64,000 bases of DNA from an uncultured Solirubrobacterales bacterium (GTDB lineage: Bacteria > Actinomycetota > Thermoleophilia > Solirubrobacterales > Solirubrobacteraceae), in assembly GCA_963731445.1 (NCBI GenBank), contig CAVSVJ010000002.1, forward strand, positions 232,395 through 296,394. The letters are read 5' to 3'. Of this stretch, positions 31,846 to 40,533 are shown in pieces; within the stretch, counting starts at the first letter, position 1, and each line of letters starts with the position of its first letter. The notes below the pieces were generated by a model. That model was not told where the DNA came from. It worked only from the letters and a program-made list of their open reading frames with translations, and ran no database searches. The translations under genes and the position numbers were made by a program.

Positions 31846-32770
31846 TCTTTGCCTTGGCCGGCTTTTTCGCGGCCGCAGGCTTGGCCGCCGCAGGCTTCTT
31901 GGCCTCTGCGGGAGGCGCTTTCTTCTTGGCGGCGCCGTTCTTCTTGGCGGGCGGCGCGGCTACGCCGTCGCCGCCGGCGCCGCGGCGGTTGCGGACCTCG
32001 GCGAGACTGGCCTCCAGCGCTCCCATGAGATCGGGGGCGGAGGTGGGCTCGCGCTTCTCGGAGGGCTCGGCGACGATCTCCTCGCCGGAGGCCTTGCGGT
32101 CGATGAGATCGAGCAGGGCCTCGCGGTAGGTGTCGTGGTACTTGGTGATGTCGAAGCCCTCGGAGATGGACTCGACGAGCCGCCGCGCGACGGCGAGCTC
32201 CTTCTCGGCGATGGGCGTGTTCTCGGCGTCTTCGAGCTCGCGCAGGGCCTGGGGGGACTGGATTTCATCGGCGAAGTTCATGGTGGTCATGAGGAGGGCG
32301 TCGCCGCGCGGGCGGATGGCGACGAGGCGCTCGCGGGAGCGCAGGACGACGCGGGCGATGGCGACCTTGCCGGTGTCCCGCATGGCCTGCAGGAGGAGCC
32401 GGTAGGAGCGGGCGCCGCCTTTGTTGGGGACGACGATGTAGGGCTGTTCGAAGTAGATGGGGTCGATGTCCTCGAACTGGACGAAGTCCTCGATGTCGAT
32501 GGTGCGGGTGAAGGCGGGCTCGATGGCAGCGAACTCCTCGGGCTCGATCACCACATACCGTTCGGGAGCGATTTCGTAGCCCTTGACGATGTCCTCGTAG
32601 GGGACCTCCTCTTCATCCACGGGGCAGATGCGCTTGGTGTAGATGCGCGCGTGATCGGCGCGGTGCAACTGGTGGAAGGCCACTTTGCGGTGGCTGACGG
32701 CGGAGTAGAGCTTGACGGGCACGCTGACGAGGCCGAAAGTGAGCGTACCCATCCACATTGAGCGGGGCAT
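31841..32770 (-). CDS. ku: Ku NHEJ protein
   Basis: WMGTLTFGLVSVPVKL, DIVKGYE, IDPIYF, DLMGALEAS, AK-rich tail. Confidence 0.95.
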   Translation of the reverse strand: MPRSMWMGTLTFGLVSVPVKLYSAVSHRKVAFHQLHRADHARIYTKRICPVDEEEVPYEDIVKGYEIAPERYVVIEPEEFAAIEPAFTRTIDIEDFVQFEDIDPIYFEQPYIVVPNKGGARSYRLLLQAMRDTGKVAIARVVLRSRERLVAIRPRGDALLMTTMNFADEIQSPQALRELEDAENTPIAEKELAVARRLVESISEGFDITKYHDTYREALLDLIDRKASGEEIVAEPSEKREPTSAPDLMGALEASLAEVRNRRGAGGDGVAAPPAKKNGAAKKKAPPAEAKKPAAAKPAAAKKPAKAKS

Positions 32771-32958
32771 AGGAACAGTGTTACCGCAATCTGGCGCTTG
32801 TCAACCCGTGCAAGCGAGCACGGCACCGTCGATTCATATCGGCGCGCGGCTCACCAGCCAGTAGTTCTCTCGTCATCGAAACTATAGGCTTTTCAATAGC
32901 GAACACCTGATATCCTCAATCCAACAGATCCATCCGGACAGGAATTGCGGGCTTGTCA

Positions 32959-33771
32959 ATGTCACAAAATGGACGCGGGATTTCAGGCGCCGGTCGAGCC
33001 GAGTTGTCCCTGGTTGTAGGCCACCACCGGTTCATCTCGCCCGAGCAGGCTGCTTCCGAGCTGGGTGTGAGCGCACACGTCGCCGCGCGCAAGCTCGCCC
33101 ACTGGGCGGAGAGAGGATGGCTACGCAGGGTACGGCGCGGGCTCTACATATCGGTACCCGTCGAGACCATTCGCCCGGAGACCTGGTCGCAGGACGCAAT
33201 GGTCTTGGCAGATGCAGTGTGGTCACCCTGCTACTTCAGCGGCTGGACAGCCGCTAACCACTGGGGCTTGACCGAGCAGATGTTCCGTACGACGATCGTA
33301 AAGACGACGCAGCGTGTCCGCTTCTCCAAAGCGCGCCTGCTTGATGCCGAGTATCTCCTGATGCACATCTCCGAGGAGGCGATCCGCTGGGGCATGGAAC
33401 CGGTGTGGCACGAGGAGACGCGGCTTCAGATCGCTGATCCCGCGCGGACTGTGGTTGAGGTTCTCGATGCGCCGCGAATCGGCGGCGGGGTCCGCCACGC
33501 TGGTGAGATCCTCAACGCGTACCTTGACGACCACGACGCAGAGCGCCTGGTGGACTACGCCAGGCGGCTGGGCAACGGCGCCGTGTTCAAGCGCCTTGGC
33601 TATTTGCTCGAGACGCTGGGCCGCGATGAGCCTGAGCTGATCGCGGCCTGCAAGGCGCAACTGTCCAGCGGGGTTGCGCTACTCGATCCGGACGGCCCTC
33701 GAGAGGGACCTCGCGTGCCGGCGTGGCGCCTCCGCGCCAATGTACACATCGCTTACGAGGGTCCATCGTGA
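32959..33771 (+). CDS. Type IV TA AbiEi-family antitoxin
   Basis: GWLRRVRRGLY wHTH, YFSGWTAANHWGLTEQ, DPARTVV, KRLGYLLE. Confidence 0.85.
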   Translation: MSQNGRGISGAGRAELSLVVGHHRFISPEQAASELGVSAHVAARKLAHWAERGWLRRVRRGLYISVPVETIRPETWSQDAMVLADAVWSPCYFSGWTAANHWGLTEQMFRTTIVKTTQRVRFSKARLLDAEYLLMHISEEAIRWGMEPVWHEETRLQIADPARTVVEVLDAPRIGGGVRHAGEILNAYLDDHDAERLVDYARRLGNGAVFKRLGYLLETLGRDEPELIAACKAQLSSGVALLDPDGPREGPRVPAWRLRANVHIAYEGPS

Positions 33772-33863
33772 TCTCAAAGCAGGAGCTGCTGCGACTCCGA
33801 GGCGAGTGGCAGATCGATGTCCAGCCCCTGCCGCACCGTACGCAGACAGGCCGTCCCCTGTAG
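33768..33863 (+). pseudogene. Truncated AbiEii toxin N-terminus
   Basis: GTGA-coupled start MISKQELLRLRGEWQIDV resembles AbiEii N-termini but stops after 31 aa, before the expected EKDY motif. Confidence 0.55.
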
Positions 33864-33876
33864 GCTCACGCGAGCT

Positions 33877-34539
33877 ATGTCTGCTCCATCCATCCATACG
33901 GAGTCGACCTCCGTGATCCTTCTGGGTAGCTTCAATCCGAGGATATTCGACCCGCTGTGGCTCGCGGACCACAACCTTGTCGCCGAGGAGGAGGCCGTCA
34001 ACGCGGAGCGTGAGCTCATAGATCGCGATTTCTCCCGCATTGCGCTGCCTTGGATGGAGCTCGTCGTGCTGCAGGATCGCCTCCAGGCCCAGACAACGAG
34101 CGAGACGGTCAATTCGGGGCAGATTCGGGACCTGCTCGTTGGCATCCTTCGCCTTCTGCCGCATATCCCAATCGACGTTGGTTCAATCCATCACCGGGCA
34201 GACGTTGCGATCTCAACGGAAGAGGAGTGGCACGCGATCGGACACGCATTGGCGCCTAAAGACCTTTGGCAGGGCGTCCTCGATCAACCAGGCATGTTCG
34301 ACTTTGCCATGCAAGGCGTCCGCCCTGATGATCGTCGTGGTGCGATCAAGGTTAGGATCCAGCCATCTAAACTTGTACAACCAGGAATCATGCTGAACGT
34401 GAACGATGAATTTGCGATATCGGAGAGCAGTGAATCTGAGCGTGTGGGTATTGCGGAGCTACTCGACGCGATCTGGCCTGAGGCTGAGACACGCGCGTTG
34501 GAGATTCGAAAGCTACTGCTCGAGCGTCTTATCCCCTGA
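33877..34539 (+). CDS. Hypothetical protein (TIGR04255-like), first gene of a lower-GC operon
   Basis: SVILLGSFNPRIFDPLWL...LLPHIPI...LNVND; TAGGCT -10 at 33861-33866. Confidence 0.7.
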   Translation: MSAPSIHTESTSVILLGSFNPRIFDPLWLADHNLVAEEEAVNAERELIDRDFSRIALPWMELVVLQDRLQAQTTSETVNSGQIRDLLVGILRLLPHIPIDVGSIHHRADVAISTEEEWHAIGHALAPKDLWQGVLDQPGMFDFAMQGVRPDDRRGAIKVRIQPSKLVQPGIMLNVNDEFAISESSESERVGIAELLDAIWPEAETRALEIRKLLLERLIP

Positions 34540-34540
34540 G

Positions 34541-35071
34541 ATGGCAGCTCTGTCCAACATAGCCCTTGCCCCATTGATCGCGGACTTGACTGTAAACCCG
34601 CAGATCAGCCAGTGGCGCCGTGCCCCCGTATTCGCAGACGATGATCAGTGGCTATCGACCGCCAATATCACCACGCCCCACATCTACACGGTTCCGCAGC
34701 TCCTTCCCATGCTGAACAACGTCGAGCAGAGCAGAGCCCAGAAGGAGATCCTTATCGGCTTACAGTCTTGGGAGGGAGTCGTACTCGACGTGGGCGAGAC
34801 AACATTCGCCGTCCGCCTTGTTGACGTATCGGGAGACCATCCAGACGAAGAGGTAGAGCTGGCCAAGGAAGAGCTTTGCGACTTTGACATAGCCCTGCTC
34901 GAGCCGGGAGCCATCTTTTATTGGACGATTGGCTATCGCCAGCAGCTGCCGCGGGGGGCCCGAGAACGTGTGTCGCGAATCCGCCTCCGGCGAGTGCCAG
35001 CATGGACCAAGTCCCAGCTTGCCGAAGCCCGTGAGCGTGCCGAGGCGCTCGCCCGTGAGCTCAACTGGTAG
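34541..35071 (+). CDS. Hypothetical protein, second gene of the operon
   Basis: LQSWEGVV...LLEPGAIFYWTIGY...RIRLRRVPAWT; starts 1 nt after the previous stop. Confidence 0.7.
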   Translation: MAALSNIALAPLIADLTVNPQISQWRRAPVFADDDQWLSTANITTPHIYTVPQLLPMLNNVEQSRAQKEILIGLQSWEGVVLDVGETTFAVRLVDVSGDHPDEEVELAKEELCDFDIALLEPGAIFYWTIGYRQQLPRGARERVSRIRLRRVPAWTKSQLAEARERAEALARELNW

Positions 35072-36172
35072 CTCTGCTGGCCTCCAGGCGCCAGCACCAA
35101 ATGAGCTTGAGGTCTCTCTCTTTGGACCCGGCTACGGCGAGTCGCTGGCTCTGCATCTTGGCGACGGCCGCTGGATGATTGTCGACTCATGTGTTGACAC
35201 AGTTACGAATAGGACCGCAGCCCTCGGCTACCTCAATGAGATCGGGGTCGATGTCGCAAGACATGTCACGGTCGTACTAGCAACTCATTGGCATGACGAC
35301 CATATCCGGGGCCTCGCCGAAGTTGTGCGAGAGTGCGAGGGGGCGCGATTCGCGTGCTCGTCTGCGTTCCGCAGTCAAGAGTTCCTCACATTGACTGAGT
35401 CTCGGGTCCTCGGCGCAGAACGCATGACAGCCGGGGTCCGGGAATTCAACGAGGTGCTATCCTCTTGCGCTCGCGAAAGGCCGCCGGACTCTCGACAGCC
35501 GGTCCAAGATTCGTAGTGGAGAACACGATCATCGATGACGCGGCGCAATGCGAGGTGCGAGCCTTATCGCCGTCATCGGCGTCAGTGGAGCGCGCAATGG
35601 CAGAGATCGCTTCCATGCTGCCTGAGAGGCTGCGCCCTCACCTGCGAGTCCGCGCACCTTCCTCGAACGAGGCTTCCGTCGTCCTCTGGATAAAGGGCCT
35701 CGTCGGAACGGCGCTGCTAGGCGCCGATCTCGAGCGGCAGAGGACCGATGATCGTGGATGGGGTGCGGTCTTGGCGCTCGATCCCGCCGCTGGGGGACGA
35801 GCGAGCATCATCAAGGTGCCGCATCACGGATCCAGCTCGGGTCATGACCAACGAATGTGGGATGAGTTGTTAGAAGATCAGCCCGCCGCCGTCTTGACTC
35901 CTTGGAGTCGTGGGACACGTCGGCTGCCTTCTGCCGAGGACTGCAACCGAATCTGCCGGTTGGCACCCGCAGCCGCAATCGCCGGAGGTAGTGGCCAGAA
36001 GCCCGACCGTTATGTTGCGGCCGTTGAGCGTACGCTCAACGAAGTCGCCGGGTCACGGCGTCGGGCGACGGGCCGTATGGGCCACATTCGTTCCAGATGC
36101 GGACCATCCAACTCCGGCAAGTGGAACGTCGAACTCATACGAGATGCCCGGTATATCGCGGCGGCCGCATAG
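35055..36172 (+). CDS. MBL-fold (ComEC/Rec2-like) hydrolase; apparent frameshift near 35460
   Basis: GYGES, IVDSC, THWHDDHIRG, NEASVVL, LLGAD and KVPHHGS are split across ORFs 34929..35516 and 35465..36172. Confidence 0.8.
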
Positions 36173-36195
36173 CATTCCGACCAAAATGATGGACA

Positions 36196-36927
36196 TCACA
36201 ACCCCGCGCGCAGCCGCGCGAGCGCTTGGCGGATGAGCCGGGAGACCTGCATCTGGGAGACGCCGATGCGCTCGCCGATCTCGGCCTGAGTTAAATCGGA
36301 GCCGAAGCGCAGTTCGAGGACGGTGCGCTCGCGCGGGGAGATGCGGGCGAGGAGTGGCTCGAGGACGGCGCGCTGCTCGGCGCGCTGGAAGCCGGAGTCG
36401 TCGTGGCCGATGCTGTCGGCGAGGCTTTCGGCGGGGTCCTCGCCCTGAGCGGAGCGGGGGGCGTCGAGCGAGGTGGCGCGGTAGGCGGCGGCGGCCTCGA
36501 GCGCTTCGAGGACTTGCTCGGGCGAGAGCTGGGTGGCGGCGGCGATCTCACCGACGGAGGGCGAGCGCCCGCCGGCGAGGGAGAGCTGGGTGACGGTGCG
36601 ATCGACGCGCAGGGCGAGCTCCTGGAGGTCGCGGGGGACGCGCACGGACCAGGTGCGGTCGCGGAAGTGGCGCTTGAGCTCGCCGAGGATGGTGGGGACG
36701 GCGTAGCTCGAGAAGGCGACGGGTCGCTCCGGGTCGAAGCGGTCGACGGCCTTGACGAGGCCGAGGGAGGCGACCTGGATGAGGTCCTCTAGCGGCTCCT
36801 CGGCGCGCTGGTAGCGGCGGGCGAGGCGGCGGGCGAGGGGCAGGTAGCGCTCGATGAGCTGCTGGCGCGCGGCGTCGTCGCGGCGGCGAGCGCGCTCGAA
36901 GAGCTGGGCGTCGGAGGGAGCGCTCAC
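36196..36927 (-). CDS. SigB/SigF/SigG-family RNA polymerase sigma factor
   Basis: DLIQVASLGLVKAVDRFDP, YAVPTILGELKRHFRD, TQAEIGERIGVSQMQVSRL. Confidence 0.93.
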   Translation of the reverse strand: MSAPSDAQLFERARRRDDAARQQLIERYLPLARRLARRYQRAEEPLEDLIQVASLGLVKAVDRFDPERPVAFSSYAVPTILGELKRHFRDRTWSVRVPRDLQELALRVDRTVTQLSLAGGRSPSVGEIAAATQLSPEQVLEALEAAAAYRATSLDAPRSAQGEDPAESLADSIGHDDSGFQRAEQRAVLEPLLARISPRERTVLELRFGSDLTQAEIGERIGVSQMQVSRLIRQALARLRAGL

Positions 36928-36963
36928 GGTGCTTACGTTAGGAGGATTGGGACTCTGTGCCGG

Positions 36964-39900
36964 CTAGGGCGAGGCCGGAGCGAGCTCGCGCATGGCGATG
37001 GACTGATCCCAGGAGCAGAGCGTGCCGCGGCCGGGGCAGGTGAGGCAGAGCTCGCGGTGGGGGGCGGGGCTGACGGCGAAGCCACGCAGGCGGACGGCGG
37101 CGGCGCGGGCGTGGAGCTCCTCGTGAAGCGCGGCGAGATCGCCGGCGCTGAAGCTGGCGCAGACGGGCTCGTGCGGGCGGGAGAGGAACCAGTGGACGAT
37201 CTCGACGCGGGCGGCGCCGTGGTGAAGGGCGGCGAGGGCGTAGATGAGGCGCTGCGCGCCGTAGTGCTGGCGCACGAGCGCGGGGAGATCGTCGCGGGAG
37301 TCGACGGCGTCGCTCTTGTAGTCGACGACGAGGGAGTGCTCGCCGGGAAGAAGCAGATCGAAGACGCCGCTGACGGGGAGAGGCGCGGAGAAAGCGAAGG
37401 GGTGCTCGCGGTGAAGGCGGGGAGCGGCGGCGAGGCGCTGGGCGAGCGCGGTGGGCGCGAGGCCGAGGAGCAGTTCGGCGATGGCGCGACGCTGCTGGGC
37501 GCTGAGCGAGACGCCGAACTCGGCGGCGGCGCGCGCGACATCGTCGTCGCCGACGCGGGGGCGGGCGAAGTCGAGATCCTGAAGTAGGCGGTGCAGAATG
37601 AGCCCGCGGGCGCGCCCACCGGACCCCTCGGCGTGGCGCGGGGGGAGGCGGAGGATGCGTTCGAGGTAGTAGCGATAACCGCAGCGCTCGAGCTCGGAGA
37701 GAGCGGTGTAGCTGAGGGCCACGGGTGGTTCTTCTTGGGAGGAGGACCGGCAGGGCCGGTCCGGTGTGGGCCGCGGCCGACGATCGATTGGCGGCGAGAA
37801 GGATGGCGCGGGAATGCGTTGCTGAGGGGGGGCCGCGTTTGGGTGTAAGGACTCGGGCCGCAGGACGGCGCCGAGCGTGGCGGGGGTGTTGAGGAGTGTG
37901 CGCAAAAGCACGTGGGGAGCGCCGTCGATGGAGAGATCGAGCTGGGACAAGGGCTGCTGAAGCTCAGCGGCAGACGCAGCGGTCCCGGAGGCAGACGCAG
38001 CGGTCCCGGAGGCAGGCGCAGCGGTCCCGGGAGACGCAGCGGTCCCGACGTCAGACCCAGGCAGCCCGGCGGCGAGCGCGGGCAGGTCGCGGTGCAGCGC
38101 GGGTGCGAGCCAGGCGAGGGGCGGAGCGCCGGGTACGTCGGCGGGCCAGGCGGCGAAGTCGAGGGCACCGGAGAGGATGAGGCGCTGACGCGCGCGGGTG
38201 AGGGCGACGTAGAGGATGCGCTGCTCCTCCTGTGCTTCGGCGAGGCGGCGCTCGGCGAGGAGCTCCTCGTAGTCGAGGGTGGGCACGGCGGGGGAGCCGT
38301 CGAGCTGGGCGAGGCGCAGGCCGATGCGGGAGCCATCGACGAGCAGATCGGAGCGGTTGGCGGCGGGACGGCGGCCGAGGTCGGCGAGGGCGACGAGGGG
38401 GAACTCGAGGCCTTTGGCGGCGTGGATGGTCATGAGGCGCACGGCGTCGTGGCCGTCGGCGATGGGCGCCTCGGGCTCGGCCTGCTCGAGGACTTCGAGC
38501 TGGTGGTCGATGTGGTCGAGGAAGCCGCGCAGATCGCGCCCGTCGTGGTCTTCGAAGCGCTGGGCGAGGCGAAGGAGCTTGTGGACGTTGGCGAGGCGGC
38601 GGGGCCCGAAGGGCAGCGCGAGGAGGTGCTGCTGATAGCCGGTAAGGCGAAGGGCGCGGCGCAGGAGCTCGGCGAGAGGCTGCTGGGAGACATGGGCGCG
38701 CTCGGCGAGGAGGATCTCGGTGAAGGCGGTGAGGCGCTGCCAGTCCTCGGCGGTGAGGCGCTGCTTGAGCTCTCCGGGCGCGCTGCGGAGCGTGTCCCAC
38801 ACGCGGCGCGCCTCATGACTGAGCTCCCCGTGACTGTTTGACGAGGCTCCCGTATCGCCGGTGGCCGTCTGCGGCGCCCCATCTCCCTGCATCCGGTCCC
38901 CCGCAGGGTCTGCACGCGCCACGAGCGAGATGTGGGCGAGGGCGTCGCTTGAGAGCCCGGCGAGCGGCGAGGCGAGGGTGCAGTAGAGGGCGACCTCATC
39001 GAGGGGATTGGCGAGGGCGCGAAGGTAGGCGAGGAGATCGCCGACCTGCTGGTGTCCCCAGAAGCTGCCGACGGAGGCGAGGGTGGGCAGGCCGCGCTCT
39101 TCGAGGGCGCGCTGGTAGAGGGGCAGGTCGCCGAGGGCGCGAAGCAGCACGGCGATGTCCCCGGGCTGGGCCTCACCGGAGGCGACGATGTCGGCGAGGC
39201 GCTGGGCGAGCAGGCGGGCCTCGGCGTGGCGCCAGCGGGGAGCGGGGGGAAGCTGGCCGGCGATGTCGATGTCCTGCGAGCCGCCGTTCCAGGAGCGCTG
39301 GTCGGTGAGGAGTAGCTCGATGGACGCCTCGACGCCACTCCCGGAGCCCCTCTCTCCGGCCACCCCACCCTTCTCCCCGACCACCCCATCGCCCGCGGGC
39401 TGCCCGCCCTCCCCGCTGCCCTTCCCCTCGCTCTCGTCGCCGCCCTCCCCCCCACCCTCGGCGCCCCCCGGCAGAAGCGGCATGTGATCCTCGCCGAAGC
39501 GGGTGGCGAAGACGGCGTTGATGGCGGAGAGCAGCGCGGGGGTGCTGCGGAAGTTGCGGGTGAGGGCGAGAGCGGCGCCGCGGCGCGAAAGCTCGGAGCG
39601 ACGCGCGCGGAAGAGCTCGACGTCGGCGTGGCGGAAGCCGTAGATGGACTGGAACTCGTCGCCGACGGTGAAGAGGTTGTCGCGCTCGAGCGCGGCGAGA
39701 ATGGCGAGCTGGCGCGGGTTGGTGTCCTGGAACTCGTCGACCATGAGCAGCTCGAAGCGCTGTGACCATGCGGAGCGCAGATGGGAGTGCTCGCGCAGGA
39801 GGGCGGCGGCGAAGAGCTCGAGGTCGTCGAAATCGAGGACGCCGCGAAGGCCCTTGGCGGCGGCGTAGCGCTCGGAGAAGCCGCGCAGCAGAGCGTCGAT

Positions 39901-40533
39901 GAGGCCGCAGGCAAGCGCGCCGGCGCGATCGCTCTCGTCCACCTCCCGCGGCAGCGGAAGCACCGGCTGGGCGTGCCCCTGGCTGCGCAGCTGGGCGTGG
40001 AGGTCGAAGACGGTGGCGCGCAGGCGGTCGGCGCTGAAGGCGGCGAGGAGATCGACGGCGGCGGGACCGTGATGCTGGAGGAAGCCGGCGAGGGCGCCGC
40101 GGAAGGCGTCGAGGCGCAGGCGCCCGGCGCGGGCCTCGTCGAGGATGGCGAAGTCGGGATCGAGGCCGGCGGGCAGGGGGTGGGCGCGCAGGAGGCGGGC
40201 GGCGAAGCCGTGGAAGGTGCCGAGGAAGGCGCCCTCGGTATCCCGCGCCGCCTCGCGCTGGCGGAGCTCGAGAAAGCGCGTGCGGATGCGCTCGGCTAGC
40301 TCGCCGGCGGAGCGCTCGGTGAAGGTGATGGCGAGGATGCGCGCGGGCGCGATGCCGTCCTCGAGGACGGCGCGGACGAAGCGCTCGACGAGCACGGAGG
40401 TCTTGCCCGAGCCGGCGCCGGCGGAGAGCAGCATGGAGCCGTGGCGACGTGAGACGGCCTGCTCCTGCTCGTCGGTGAGCGCACGAGCCGGTATGACGGG
40501 CTCGTGCAGTAGGAGCTCCAGCTGAGCGCTCAT
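36964..40533 (-). CDS. UvrD-type helicase-nuclease, AddA/AdnB-like
   Basis: AGAGSGKT, VDEFQDTN, QSIYGFR, TIHAAKGLEF, YVALTRA; C-terminal PD-(D/E)xK (VDYKS) with four Cys. Confidence 0.9.
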   Translation of the reverse strand: MSAQLELLLHEPVIPARALTDEQEQAVSRRHGSMLLSAGAGSGKTSVLVERFVRAVLEDGIAPARILAITFTERSAGELAERIRTRFLELRQREAARDTEGAFLGTFHGFAARLLRAHPLPAGLDPDFAILDEARAGRLRLDAFRGALAGFLQHHGPAAVDLLAAFSADRLRATVFDLHAQLRSQGHAQPVLPLPREVDESDRAGALACGLIDALLRGFSERYAAAKGLRGVLDFDDLELFAAALLREHSHLRSAWSQRFELLMVDEFQDTNPRQLAILAALERDNLFTVGDEFQSIYGFRHADVELFRARRSELSRRGAALALTRNFRSTPALLSAINAVFATRFGEDHMPLLPGGAEGGGEGGDESEGKGSGEGGQPAGDGVVGEKGGVAGERGSGSGVEASIELLLTDQRSWNGGSQDIDIAGQLPPAPRWRHAEARLLAQRLADIVASGEAQPGDIAVLLRALGDLPLYQRALEERGLPTLASVGSFWGHQQVGDLLAYLRALANPLDEVALYCTLASPLAGLSSDALAHISLVARADPAGDRMQGDGAPQTATGDTGASSNSHGELSHEARRVWDTLRSAPGELKQRLTAEDWQRLTAFTEILLAERAHVSQQPLAELLRRALRLTGYQQHLLALPFGPRRLANVHKLLRLAQRFEDHDGRDLRGFLDHIDHQLEVLEQAEPEAPIADGHDAVRLMTIHAAKGLEFPLVALADLGRRPAANRSDLLVDGSRIGLRLAQLDGSPAVPTLDYEELLAERRLAEAQEEQRILYVALTRARQRLILSGALDFAAWPADVPGAPPLAWLAPALHRDLPALAAGLPGSDVGTAASPGTAAPASGTAASASGTAASAAELQQPLSQLDLSIDGAPHVLLRTLLNTPATLGAVLRPESLHPNAAPPQQRIPAPSFSPPIDRRPRPTPDRPCRSSSQEEPPVALSYTALSELERCGYRYYLERILRLPPRHAEGSGGRARGLILHRLLQDLDFARPRVGDDDVARAAAEFGVSLSAQQRRAIAELLLGLAPTALAQRLAAAPRLHREHPFAFSAPLPVSGVFDLLLPGEHSLVVDYKSDAVDSRDDLPALVRQHYGAQRLIYALAALHHGAARVEIVHWFLSRPHEPVCASFSAGDLAALHEELHARAAAVRLRGFAVSPAPHRELCLTCPGRGTLCSWDQSIAMRELAPASP
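37969..38047. repeat. In-frame 18-21-bp tandem repeat (about 4 units) encoding GTAASAS
   Basis: ggcagacgcagcggtcccgga repeated. Confidence 0.85.
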
